Of a DNA stretch of 64,000 nt, positions 8,709-18,396 are shown piece by piece. This DNA comes from Kiritimatiellia bacterium (lineage in GTDB: Bacteria; Verrucomicrobiota; Kiritimatiellia; RFP12; UBA1067): the NCBI GenBank assembly GCA_050949565.1, contig JBMNFY010000017.1, forward strand, positions 352,001-416,000. The letters run 5' to 3'. Position 1 is the first letter of the stretch. The number at the start of each line of letters is the position of its first letter. The position numbers and the translations under genes are program-made. The notes beneath the pieces were generated by a model, which worked only from the letters and a program-made list of their open reading frames with translations, was not told the DNA's origin and ran no database searches.

Positions 8709-11700
8709 ATGAAAAAAATAAGTATTCTTGTCGCTCTATCGGTCGCGTGGATGGTAGGTCAAACGGCGAATGCCACCGGTTTCAGCAACAGTTCTGATAA
8801 AGGCGCGGGGGATCTCGGCACATCTACACCCGCCAATGGACTACTCCTCTGGAACCGGCTCGGCTCTGCGGACCAGATCGCCAACAGCGAGGTCGGCCCC
8901 AACGGCACCTACACGGCAGGCACCTTCGTGCCGGGCCCCTTCGGTGACGCGCTCGAATTGAACATGCAGCAACAATTCGGCTGTACGTTCCCCATCTCCT
9001 TGTTGGACACTGCCGAAGGTTGCTTGGAGTTCTGGGCCAAACTGAGCGACTTCCCCGTGCAGATGCCTTGGGACGGCTGTAACCCGGGGCTCATCGGTTA
9101 TCCGAGGCCTGTGGGCGACGACGGCTACCTGTTTTATTTCAATGCCAACAACGGCGTTGCCGATGGCGGACTTTGTGCAGACACACACCTGGGCCACATT
9201 GGAACCGGCTCCTTTGGCAACTGGACCTACTCGCAAGCCATCGGTGGAGGAGATGTCGCGGAATGGCACCATTACGCGCTCGTATGGAACGCCAAGGGGC
9301 TCCCCGGCATCGGCAACGGAACGCGTAAAGTCGCCATCTTCGTCGACGGCGTGCAGATTGCCAGTCACGGTGCCTATTATGATGAGGTGCGGTTGATTGG
9401 AGAGCCTGACGTCCATGTGTTCGGTCTGTTGAACCACCACGGCATCACAGGCGGGCGTGTTGCATTTGACAACCTCAAGGTCTGGAATTATGCCAAAACC
9501 GACTTCAGCGACCGCTTTGACGAAGACGAGGATGATCCCGGCACACCTACGCCCACCGACGGGTTGCTCCTCTGGAACCGGCTCGGCTCGGAGGACCAGA
9601 TCGCCAACAGCGAAGTCGGCCCCAACGGCACCTACACGGCAGGCACCTTCGTGCCGGGCCCCTTCGGTGACGCGCTCGAGCTGAACATGCGGCAACAATT
9701 TGGCTGCACGTTTCCCATCGCCCCGTTGAACACAGCCGAAGGTTGCTTGGAGTTCTGGGCCAAACTGAGCGATTTCCCCGTGCAGATGCCTTGGAGCGGT
9801 TGTAACCCGGGACTCATCGGCTATCCGAGGCCTGTGGGCGACGACGGCTACTTGTTTTATTTCAATGCCAACAACGGCGTTGCCGATGGCGGACTTTGTG
9901 CAGGCACATATCTGGGCCACATTGGGACCGGGCCATATGGATCTTGGACCTATTCGCAAGCCATCGGCGGAGGAGATGTCGCGGAATGGCACCATTACGC
10001 GCTCGTATGGAATGCCAAGGGGCTCCCCGGAATCAGCGACGGAACGCGCAAAGTCGCCATCTTTGTCGACGGTGTGCAGATTGCCAATCACGGTGCTTTT
10101 TACAACGAGGAGCGGTTGATTGAGGAGCCTGACATCCATGCGTTCGGCCTTTTGAACCACCAAGGGCTCTCTCAGGGCCGCGTTGCTTTCGACAACCTCA
10201 AGATTTGGAATTATGCTAAAACTGATTTCAGCGACCGTTTTGACGATGAAGAGGATGATCCCGGCACACCTACGCCCACCGACGGGTTGCTCCTCTGGAA
10301 CCGGCTCGGCTCTGAGGACCAGATCGCCAACAGTGAGGTCGGCCCCAACGGCACCTACACGGCAGGCTCCTTCGTGCCGGGCCCCTTTGGTGACGCGCTC
10401 GAGCTGAACATGCAGCAACAATTTGGCTGCACGTTCCCCATCTCCTTGTTGGACACTGCCGAAGGTTGCCTGGAGTTCTGGGCCAAACTGAGCGACTTCC
10501 CCGTGCAGATGCCTTGGGACGGCTGTAACCCGGGACTCGTCGGCTATCCAAAACCTGTAGGTAGCGACGGCTGCGTGTTCTATTTCAGTGCCAACAACGG
10601 GGTTGCCGATGGCGGACTTTGTGCAGGCACACATCTGGGCCACGTTGGGACTGGCTCCTCTGGCAACTGGACCTATTCGCAAGCCATCGGTGGAGGAGAT
10701 GTCACGGAATGGCACCATTACGCGCTCGTATGGAACGCCAAAGGTCTCCCCGGGATCGGCGACGGAATGCGCAAACTCGCCATCTTTGTCGACGGTGTGC
10801 AGACTGCCAATCAAGGTGTTTTTCACGACCGAGCGCAGTTGATTGGAGAGCCTGACGTCCATGTGTTTGGCCTGTTGAACCATCAAGGACTCTCTCAAGG
10901 CCGCGTTGCTTTCGACAACCTCAAGGTCTGGAATTATGCCAAGACCGACTTCAGCGACCGCTTTGACGAAGACGAGGATGATCCCGGCACACCTACGCCC
11001 ACCGACGGGTTGCTCCTCTGGAACCGGCTCGGCTCTGAGGACCAGATCGCCAACAGCGAAGTCGGCCCCAACGGCACCTACACGGCAGGCTCCTTCGTGC
11101 CGGGGCCCTTCGGTGATGCGCTCGAATTGAACATGCAGCAACAATTCGGCTGCACGTTTCCCATCGCCCCGTTGAACACAGGCGAAGGTTGCCTGGAGTT
11201 CTGGGCAAAACTGAGCGATTTCCCCGTGCAGATGCCCTGGAGCGGTTGTAACCCGGGACTCATCGGTTATCCGAGGCCTGTGGGCGACGACGGCTACTTG
11301 TTTTATTTCAATGCCAACAACGGCGTTGCCGATGGCGGACTTTGTGCGGGCACATATCTGGGCCACATTGGGACCGGCTCCTTTGGAAACTGGACCTATT
11401 CGCAAGCCATCGGCGGAGGAGATGTCGCGGAATGGCACCATTACGCGCTCGTATGGAATGCCAAGGGGCTCCCCGGAATCAGCGACGGAACGCGCAAAGT
11501 CGCCATCTTTGTCGACGGTGTGCAGACTGCCAATCACGGTGCTTTTTACAACAAGGAGCGGTTGATTGAGGAGCCTGACATCCATGCGTTCGGCCTGTTG
11601 AACCACCAAGGGCTCTCTCAAGGCCGCGTTGCTTTCGACAACCTCAAAATCTGGAATTATGCCAAGACTGATTTCAGCGACCGTTTTGACGATGAAGAGG

Positions 11701-14700
11701 ATGATCCCGGCACACCTACGCCCACCGATGGGTTGCTCCTCTGGAACCGGCTCGGCTCAGCCGACCAGATCGCCAACAGCGAGGTCGGCCCCAACGGCAC
11801 CTACACAGCCGGCACCTTCGTGCCGGGGCCCTTTGGTGACGCGCTCGAATTGAACATGCAGCAGCAATTTGGCTGCGCATTCCCCGGCACCCTCCTTAAC
11901 AGTAAAAAGGGATGTCTTGAATTCTGGGCGAAACTCAGTGACTTCCCAGTCCAAATGCCACTTTCCCAATGTATGCCAGGTCTGATTGGTAGCGGGACAC
12001 TTTCTAATCCCGAGCACTACGGTTTTTTCTTTAGTTCGAATGATGGCAACGCTAACGGCGGACTATGTGTTCGTTCCGGTTATGGCTTTGTGGGAACCGG
12101 GTCATACGGATCTTGGACCTATTCGCAAGCCATCGGCGGAGGAGATGTCGCGGAATGGCACCATTATGCCATGGTATGGGATGTCGACGGTATACCCTGT
12201 GATACCGCAGGAAACCGAAAAATTGGTGTCTTCCTTGACGGACAGTTGATTTCCACATCGGGCTTTTTCCGCGACGATCAGGAATATTTCGCCAACATGC
12301 CTGATTCCTACGTGTTCGGCCTCTTGAACCACCAAGGGCTCTCTCAAGGCCGCGTTGCTTTCGACAACCTCAAGATTTGGAATTATGCCAAAACCGATTT
12401 CAGCGACCGTTTTGACGAAGACGCGGGCGATCCCGGCACACCTACGCCCGCTAATGAGTTACTCCTCTGGAACCGGCTCGGCTCTGCGAACCAGATCGCC
12501 AACAGCGAAGTCGGCCCCAATGCCACGCTGGCGAATGGTACGTTTGTTCCCGGTCCATTCGGCAACGCCGTGGAACTTTCCGTTCCCAATCAACCGGCGG
12601 TTACACTACCTGTTGAACTCATGCGCCAAGAATCTGGCTGTATCGAGTTTTGGGCAAAGATAAACGTGACACCGTCATCTCTGGCATGGGGGTCCTCTGT
12701 CATCTTGGCTGCCTATCTTGAACCGTCAGCCAATGGTTTTTCAACCTCTCCCTTCATTCAGTTCAACGGTAACGACGGAGCTGCAAATGGAGGGTTGTGC
12801 GCCCGGCTTGTCGGGATCGGTTCTGCGGGCACGGCACCGTACTCGGCTGGCGGTTGGACCTACTCCTCCGCGTTAAAAGGTGCAGATCCCGCCGAATGGC
12901 ACCATTACGCCATGGTGTGGAGCACACAAGAGATTGCGTCGCTCGGCCCCCCGACGCGGCGTCTGGCCATCTTTGTTGACGGCGTGCTCAACACTGGTTC
13001 ATGGGGCGGGCCGGTCCTTCCACCCTATGTCGCCGATTACGCCGAGGGCGGACTCCTAGGGCTCCTCTACATGAGTTCAGGAACAACCGGACATATCGCC
13101 ATCGACAATGTGAAGATTTGGAATTACGCCAAGGCCGATTTCAGCGACCGCTTCACAGAAGGCGAGGTCGTCACCTATGACGTGACCGTCTCCAAAGGCT
13201 CCATTGACGGGACAACCAGCAACTCGTTCCCCGCAGCGATTCTTCTAAACGTCCGCGCCGACACGCCGCCTACCGGTTGGCATTTCGCCAGTTGGACGGT
13301 CGAGCCCGAAGACGCAGACCTCGGCAGTACATTTGATGCCCTGCAGGCTGAGACCTCCCTGATCATGCCGCCGCACGCCATTACCTTGACCGCCGTCTGG
13401 GTGCCTGACGTGACATCCTTAAACAGCGGGTTGCAACTTTACTATCCGTTCACATCCGCAACGGAAGGCGCAACGGATGCCAGCGGGAACGGACACGACG
13501 GCGTGTTGCACGGCACAACCTGGCAGGACAACGGGAGGCCCTCCGGCAGCCGCCGGCTCGGCTCAGGAAGTTACATCGACGTCGGCACAGAGGTGAATTT
13601 TGCTGCATGGGAACAGTACTCCATCAGCCTGTGGTTCAAACGCGACTTGACCCCGATTGACGCTACCGGATATGGCGACAAACTGCTGTGCAAGACCGAC
13701 TGGTATTCAGACCAGCACCTCCGCATGCTACCCGGCGGGTCTCTTCACTTCTCAGTGGCAACCGGCGGGGGACCCTATCCTTCTGTCGGATACTGGGTCC
13801 AGTGCTGGGAAAACTTCCAAGACAATATGTGGCACCACCTCGTCGTCGTGCGGAGCAACAACCTTGCGACGCTGTGGATCGACGGAGTACAAAAGAGTGT
13901 CACATCGAATGCGATTTCGATCACAAGCAACACGAAGCCCCTCTATCTCGGCTACTCGGCCTCCGGCGACGCTTATCAACGGCGCTACTGGCCTGGTAAC
14001 CTTGATGAACTCAGGATTTACAACCGCGCTTTGGTTCCACATGAGATCAACGAGCTTCTGCATGGAGAGACACGGCCGTTGACGGTTGCCTTTGACGCGA
14101 ACGGCGGCGATCCGGTGTCCGCAAATGCGGTCGTCATCATGGGCGCCCCGTACGGCGAACTGCCGCAGCCGTCACGCACGGGCTACACCTTCGGAGGCTG
14201 GTTCGCATCTACCGGCGGAGTCGCTTTCGCCATCACTGCGGATACGCTGGTCACTCTCGCGGAAGACCACACCCTGACCGCCGCCTGGACGCCCAACACC
14301 TACACCGTCGCCTTTGACGCTGACGGCGGCGTCGCTCCGGTCTCCAAGACGGTTACGTTCGATGCCGCCTACGGCGTACTGCCCACACCGGTCGCGCCGC
14401 CCGCGTCACGCCTGGCGTGGCTATTCGGCGGCTGGATGGCTGTAAACGGCCAGCTTGTGACGGACGCCACCCTTGTAGCGACCGCATCCGACCACACCCT
14501 GACCGCCGTCTGGACCAAACCCGCCCCTCTGCCCGATCCAGAGGCGTCACCGACCTTCACCAGCGAGGCACCATATTACGGCTACCTCTACCGCACCGGC
14601 GATGTCGGCGGGCAGGCGGCTTCCTCGGTCGAGGGCACCATCGAGTTCAACGTTTCCGCGGCTACCGGCAAACTCTCCGCCAAGGCCGTCACACGCAGAG

Positions 14701-15788
14701 GGCCACTAAACTTCAGAGCCCCGACGTGGGACGCAGGCGAAGCGGACGGAACGCATCTTGTCACCCTGAAACTGCGGAGCGGCGAGACTCTCGCCCTCTC
14801 CGTGCGCGGTAACCGCGCTTGGGGCATGCTCAGCGGCGGCTCGGTCGACGGTGAACTTTTGGTTGAGTGCGCACGCAACCGCTTCCGCGACCGCACCGAC
14901 GCCGAAGCGCAAGCCGTCCTGACCGACTTCAAGGGCCTCTACACGGCGGCTCTGCCGACGTGTGGCCCGGCCGACGACGACGTCGGCGCGGTACCGCAGG
15001 GTGCAGGCTACCTCTCACTCACCCTCAGTACGTACGGGCGGGTCAAGTTCGCCGGTGTGCTCGCCGACGGCACCAGCGTATCGATGGCCGCACAGGCGCT
15101 GCTCATCGACGGCTGCGGCGGATGGGTATGCGTGCCGCTCTTCTCCCCGCTCTATGGGCGCAAGGGTTGGATCGGCGGGCTCGTCTGGCTTGATCCCGAA
15201 ACCGGTGCGGCCATCACTGACCGCGAACTCGGCTGGACAATCCGCTGGGACCGCGTACGAGGCGATGCACAGGACTTTTCCCTCTTGCTGGACCTCTGCG
15301 GCGGCCGCTATGCCAAACCGCCCGCGCTCGCGCCCGCCTATCGATTCTCGGTGGATATTGAGCAGGTGCCCCTGTTCTATCCCGGCGGCAGCGTCCTCTT
15401 CGCAGAAGAAGCGTTGCCGATCAACCTGCCCGTAGCGGTCTCCGGCACCCGCATGACCATGGTCCGCGGACGCCAGCCCCAAAAGACGGACGGAGCCTAC
15501 AACTACGGCGGCGAGAATTGTGCACAGGCGAAACTCTCGTTCTCGGCGTCCACCGGCATCTACAAAGGTACGTTCAGCCTCTACTACGACTACATCTCGG
15601 GGAACCGTCCACGTCACAAGAAGGTCACGGTTCAATACGCGGGCATCCTCTGCCCCGTCAGAGGCGCTGCTTTCGCGGATGCCCCAGCCGGCATGGGCCA
15701 CTGTCTCGTGCCGGACAACTCGACCGGCCCCACACTCAAGCGCTCGTTCTTGAACATGCTACATGAAGGAGCCGTGCCGGCATTGTAG
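8709..15788 (+). CDS. Large secreted/surface protein: signal peptide, six tandem LamG-like domains, a further LamG domain, InlB-B/Listeria-Bacteroides-type repeats and a beta-rich C-terminal domain
   Basis: MKKISILVALSVAW...ANA signal; repeated LEFWAK / EWHHYALVW / IFVDG / DNLKVWNYA; FDANGG...YGELP.P.RTGYTFGGW repeats. Confidence 0.88.
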   Translation: MKKISILVALSVAWMVGQTANATGFSNSSDKGAGDLGTSTPANGLLLWNRLGSADQIANSEVGPNGTYTAGTFVPGPFGDALELNMQQQFGCTFPISLLDTAEGCLEFWAKLSDFPVQMPWDGCNPGLIGYPRPVGDDGYLFYFNANNGVADGGLCADTHLGHIGTGSFGNWTYSQAIGGGDVAEWHHYALVWNAKGLPGIGNGTRKVAIFVDGVQIASHGAYYDEVRLIGEPDVHVFGLLNHHGITGGRVAFDNLKVWNYAKTDFSDRFDEDEDDPGTPTPTDGLLLWNRLGSEDQIANSEVGPNGTYTAGTFVPGPFGDALELNMRQQFGCTFPIAPLNTAEGCLEFWAKLSDFPVQMPWSGCNPGLIGYPRPVGDDGYLFYFNANNGVADGGLCAGTYLGHIGTGPYGSWTYSQAIGGGDVAEWHHYALVWNAKGLPGISDGTRKVAIFVDGVQIANHGAFYNEERLIEEPDIHAFGLLNHQGLSQGRVAFDNLKIWNYAKTDFSDRFDDEEDDPGTPTPTDGLLLWNRLGSEDQIANSEVGPNGTYTAGSFVPGPFGDALELNMQQQFGCTFPISLLDTAEGCLEFWAKLSDFPVQMPWDGCNPGLVGYPKPVGSDGCVFYFSANNGVADGGLCAGTHLGHVGTGSSGNWTYSQAIGGGDVTEWHHYALVWNAKGLPGIGDGMRKLAIFVDGVQTANQGVFHDRAQLIGEPDVHVFGLLNHQGLSQGRVAFDNLKVWNYAKTDFSDRFDEDEDDPGTPTPTDGLLLWNRLGSEDQIANSEVGPNGTYTAGSFVPGPFGDALELNMQQQFGCTFPIAPLNTGEGCLEFWAKLSDFPVQMPWSGCNPGLIGYPRPVGDDGYLFYFNANNGVADGGLCAGTYLGHIGTGSFGNWTYSQAIGGGDVAEWHHYALVWNAKGLPGISDGTRKVAIFVDGVQTANHGAFYNKERLIEEPDIHAFGLLNHQGLSQGRVAFDNLKIWNYAKTDFSDRFDDEEDDPGTPTPTDGLLLWNRLGSADQIANSEVGPNGTYTAGTFVPGPFGDALELNMQQQFGCAFPGTLLNSKKGCLEFWAKLSDFPVQMPLSQCMPGLIGSGTLSNPEHYGFFFSSNDGNANGGLCVRSGYGFVGTGSYGSWTYSQAIGGGDVAEWHHYAMVWDVDGIPCDTAGNRKIGVFLDGQLISTSGFFRDDQEYFANMPDSYVFGLLNHQGLSQGRVAFDNLKIWNYAKTDFSDRFDEDAGDPGTPTPANELLLWNRLGSANQIANSEVGPNATLANGTFVPGPFGNAVELSVPNQPAVTLPVELMRQESGCIEFWAKINVTPSSLAWGSSVILAAYLEPSANGFSTSPFIQFNGNDGAANGGLCARLVGIGSAGTAPYSAGGWTYSSALKGADPAEWHHYAMVWSTQEIASLGPPTRRLAIFVDGVLNTGSWGGPVLPPYVADYAEGGLLGLLYMSSGTTGHIAIDNVKIWNYAKADFSDRFTEGEVVTYDVTVSKGSIDGTTSNSFPAAILLNVRADTPPTGWHFASWTVEPEDADLGSTFDALQAETSLIMPPHAITLTAVWVPDVTSLNSGLQLYYPFTSATEGATDASGNGHDGVLHGTTWQDNGRPSGSRRLGSGSYIDVGTEVNFAAWEQYSISLWFKRDLTPIDATGYGDKLLCKTDWYSDQHLRMLPGGSLHFSVATGGGPYPSVGYWVQCWENFQDNMWHHLVVVRSNNLATLWIDGVQKSVTSNAISITSNTKPLYLGYSASGDAYQRRYWPGNLDELRIYNRALVPHEINELLHGETRPLTVAFDANGGDPVSANAVVIMGAPYGELPQPSRTGYTFGGWFASTGGVAFAITADTLVTLAEDHTLTAAWTPNTYTVAFDADGGVAPVSKTVTFDAAYGVLPTPVAPPASRLAWLFGGWMAVNGQLVTDATLVATASDHTLTAVWTKPAPLPDPEASPTFTSEAPYYGYLYRTGDVGGQAASSVEGTIEFNVSAATGKLSAKAVTRRGPLNFRAPTWDAGEADGTHLVTLKLRSGETLALSVRGNRAWGMLSGGSVDGELLVECARNRFRDRTDAEAQAVLTDFKGLYTAALPTCGPADDDVGAVPQGAGYLSLTLSTYGRVKFAGVLADGTSVSMAAQALLIDGCGGWVCVPLFSPLYGRKGWIGGLVWLDPETGAAITDRELGWTIRWDRVRGDAQDFSLLLDLCGGRYAKPPALAPAYRFSVDIEQVPLFYPGGSVLFAEEALPINLPVAVSGTRMTMVRGRQPQKTDGAYNYGGENCAQAKLSFSASTGIYKGTFSLYYDYISGNRPRHKKVTVQYAGILCPVRGAAFADAPAGMGHCLVPDNSTGPTLKRSFLNMLHEGAVPAL
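8811..13160 (+). repeat. Six intragenic tandem repeats of 723-726 bp
   Basis: Units start at 8811, 9534, 10257, 10980, 11703 and 12429; units 1-4 are near-identical and units 5-6 are diverged. Confidence 0.95.
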
Positions 15789-15840
15789 GTGTTCGCCTCT
15801 ACGTTTGTGTTTGAGCGGCCGTATAAGCCAGTAAAACAAT

Positions 15841-15888
15841 GAAGGGGACTGTTGGGGGAACCCAACACGGATCCCCTTCTTTATTTTA
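15841..15888 (+). terminator. Probable intrinsic terminator
   Basis: GAAGGGGA..TGTTGGG / CCCAACA..TCCCCTTC hairpin followed by a T-rich tract, downstream of the large gene. Confidence 0.55.
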
Positions 15889-15969
15889 AGGTCAATTCTT
15901 TTTCCGGCAGGTCTTATCAACGTAACCGAAATCTGATATTAATGACACGTAACAAGGAGTAGGTGCCCC

Positions 15970-17004
15970 ATGCCCGAAAATAGGATTTTGCTTGTTTCAA
16001 GCGATCGCACGGAGTGGTTTGAAGAAGCCTCTGACAACGAGCAGTTTGAACGCTTCCCTTACAGTGTTTATGCCATCTTGTTTAACCTCAGTAAAAAAGG
16101 GTGGCAAACCTGTCGTGCCGGCTGGAAAACCAGTTCCAAACTGAAGGCCCTCGCACAACGAATTGATACATTTCAACCCTCGATCATCTACACATACGGA
16201 TCCACTGTTGCGCTTAATCCGTTGCTCTGCCGCCGGTTTTTCTGCAAGTGGAAATCGTTCAAGGTCATTCACGGATGGGACGATCTGTACGGCGACATCT
16301 GGCATGAGATCGCGGGCTATCCGGGACGGATCCTGATGAACATCATGGAAAAGCTGATCGTCACCCGCTCCGATCATGTGGTCACGCTCAGCCGCTTCTT
16401 GCAGCAGCGCGGAAAGGCTTGGGGTGTCGATTGCCACTACATCCCGAACGGTGCCGATATCCCAGTCTTTGACCACGCAGCATGTTCAATCCGATTGGAA
16501 GGCGATATGAATCTGGTATATACCGGCGATCAGGCGCGCTGGAAACGGACCGCCGACATCTGCGAAGCCATGCGCCATGTCCCCAAAAACATCAAGCTGT
16601 ACCTGACCGGACGCCGTTACCCCTATCTTGATAAATACGCCTCCGACAACTGTATCTTCCTCGGTTATGTCTCGCGGAACGACCAACTCTGCGTGATGGA
16701 TCAGGCCGACGTGTTGGTCTCCACCGCCGATCAAGACTGTAACGCCAAGCTTCAGGAGTACCTGCGGTTCAAAAAACCGATCTTGGGTTACGACGGTCGG
16801 ATGAACCTCTTCTTCAAGAATGGCGAGAACGCCCTGTTGACCCGTGACTATCCGAACGCCATCCTGACGTTGTACAATGCCCCGACGCTTCGCACCACGC
16901 TCGCGGAAAACGCGGCACGCGACATACCCGTCTTCAACTGGAGCGAAATCGCCGATCAGTTTGCCGCTTTTTTTGCGTCAGCGCACCAAGGGACAGGTGT
17001 TTAG
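15970..17004 (+). CDS. Glycosyltransferase, GT4-like (paralog of 4739..5809)
   Basis: AAGGAG RBS; YIPNGAD, MNLVYTGDQARWKRT, ADQDCNAKL.EY shared with the paralog. Confidence 0.82.
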   Translation: MPENRILLVSSDRTEWFEEASDNEQFERFPYSVYAILFNLSKKGWQTCRAGWKTSSKLKALAQRIDTFQPSIIYTYGSTVALNPLLCRRFFCKWKSFKVIHGWDDLYGDIWHEIAGYPGRILMNIMEKLIVTRSDHVVTLSRFLQQRGKAWGVDCHYIPNGADIPVFDHAACSIRLEGDMNLVYTGDQARWKRTADICEAMRHVPKNIKLYLTGRRYPYLDKYASDNCIFLGYVSRNDQLCVMDQADVLVSTADQDCNAKLQEYLRFKKPILGYDGRMNLFFKNGENALLTRDYPNAILTLYNAPTLRTTLAENAARDIPVFNWSEIADQFAAFFASAHQGTGV

Positions 17005-17345
17005 ACGCACCACCGGCCCAAAGGGCCCCTTCGGGGCTGTGACTCCGCGCACAGCGCGGAAGGATGGTCTCAGGTTCCCTCGCAGAGCGCCGGGGGACGA
17101 GCGTTGCTCGTCCGGGGGGCGTTTCACGCCGCCACACGGGCAAGATGCCCGTGCCACACAGCCCGGATCGTCTAAACGCCTCACGGGACGAGCGTCGCTC
17201 ATCCGCAGGCAAGCAGACGCTTGCCCCTCCCAACGCTTCGCAAGCTCGATGACAAGAGTTGGAGGACGGCATCCGGGTGGTGCGCAAAAATGGAAACCTT
17301 TGTGTCCTTTGTGCCTTTGTGTGAGGAAAGTGCAATGCTATTTGT
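16988..17345. repeat. Intergenic mosaic of REP-like palindromes and a 9-mer triplet
   Basis: AAGGGACAGGTGTTTAGACGC (cf. 55359), CCCCTTCGGGGCTGTG (cf. 53694), CACGGGCAAGATGCCCGTGCCAC (cf. 40694), GCAAGCAGACGCTTGCCCCTCCC (cf. 21911), CTTTGTG x3. Confidence 0.85.
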
Positions 17346-17352
17346 GGCCGGG

Positions 17353-18390
17353 TTAGTAACGCCGACCTCTGAACAGTCCGACCAACTTGCAGAGACCGGC
17401 CTGTAACCGTAATGCACAGCGTTGCAGGAACCACAGGACACATGAAAGAAAAACGCGATCGACCCAGTATCCGGTCGCGTAGCGATACCCGATGTTGCCC
17501 GGCTTATAGCGCTCCTGAGCCCCGGCGCGTAGCAACCCGTATTGTTCCGCAGTCTGTACCAAGCGCTTGACGTACGGGAAGTACAAGAAACGCAGGATGT
17601 CGGCAGGCATGACCTCGAAGTAATAGCCGAGATAAAAGTGCCTGCGGGAAAAAAGCCGAACCCCCTGGAAATGATAAACGATCAATGGATGACCGCCAAC
17701 ATACAGACAAGCGTCACGGACAGTCAACGGCGATTTGCGAAGACTCCAAGGCCCAGCGTTCAAGCCCGGCGGCCCGATCATCAGGCGATCGTCATACCGC
17801 TCGGGCCATTCGTCCAAGTACTTTTGGTCAGCAAATTTTCCGTCCTCAAGGCGGTCGAAACACCACGCCACACACTGGTCGCGCCAACGCCGCAAACAGT
17901 CTCGACCGATGCGGTTGTTCCGGAACGAAAGCCACCCCACATTGAAGCGTCCGTATTGCAGATTCGCAAAATCATCTGAAGCAAACTCGTGCTCCGTGAT
18001 GAGCACGTCCTTGTCCGTAAATGCTTCAAACACCGATTCGGGCGAACCAAAGAAACAAAGGTCCGCATCCAAATAGGTCAGCACATCCATATCCTTGTGA
18101 CGCTCAAGCACATCGTCAATCCAGGCGGAAGTGCAGGTGAAAAAATACTCGGCGCGTGATCGAGAGGATTTGACCGCCGCGACATCCGGTTGCCGCTCTT
18201 CAAAAGCCGACAGGCGTTGGCAGCGAACCTCCGGAAAAGGATGCTGGTCAAAAAAATCGTAGGCGGCCTCATCGAAGCATAACACTTCGAGTGTAAAGGA
18301 GTCCATGTGTCGGCGCATGGATTCGAGCAGCACGAGCGCACGGTCCAGATACCCCGAATTGAAATAGGTGCAAAAGTGCCTCGTCACCAT
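17353..18390 (-). CDS. Nucleotide-diphospho-sugar transferase (GT-A fold)
   Basis: FCTYFNSGYL, YLDADL, FNVGW, FADQKYLDEWP, YHFQG. Confidence 0.8.
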   Translation of the reverse strand: MVTRHFCTYFNSGYLDRALVLLESMRRHMDSFTLEVLCFDEAAYDFFDQHPFPEVRCQRLSAFEERQPDVAAVKSSRSRAEYFFTCTSAWIDDVLERHKDMDVLTYLDADLCFFGSPESVFEAFTDKDVLITEHEFASDDFANLQYGRFNVGWLSFRNNRIGRDCLRRWRDQCVAWCFDRLEDGKFADQKYLDEWPERYDDRLMIGPPGLNAGPWSLRKSPLTVRDACLYVGGHPLIVYHFQGVRLFSRRHFYLGYYFEVMPADILRFLYFPYVKRLVQTAEQYGLLRAGAQERYKPGNIGYRYATGYWVDRVFLSCVLWFLQRCALRLQAGLCKLVGLFRGRRY

Positions 18391-18396
18391 AACGGA

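Noticed and set aside
8841-11621. 926-aa antisense ORF
   Set aside because: Shadow frame of the repetitive, codon-biased LamG gene; no recognisable motifs
8811-13160. LamG repeats as DGR variable/template repeats
   Set aside because: Differences involve all bases, many are synonymous, and all units are in-frame coding
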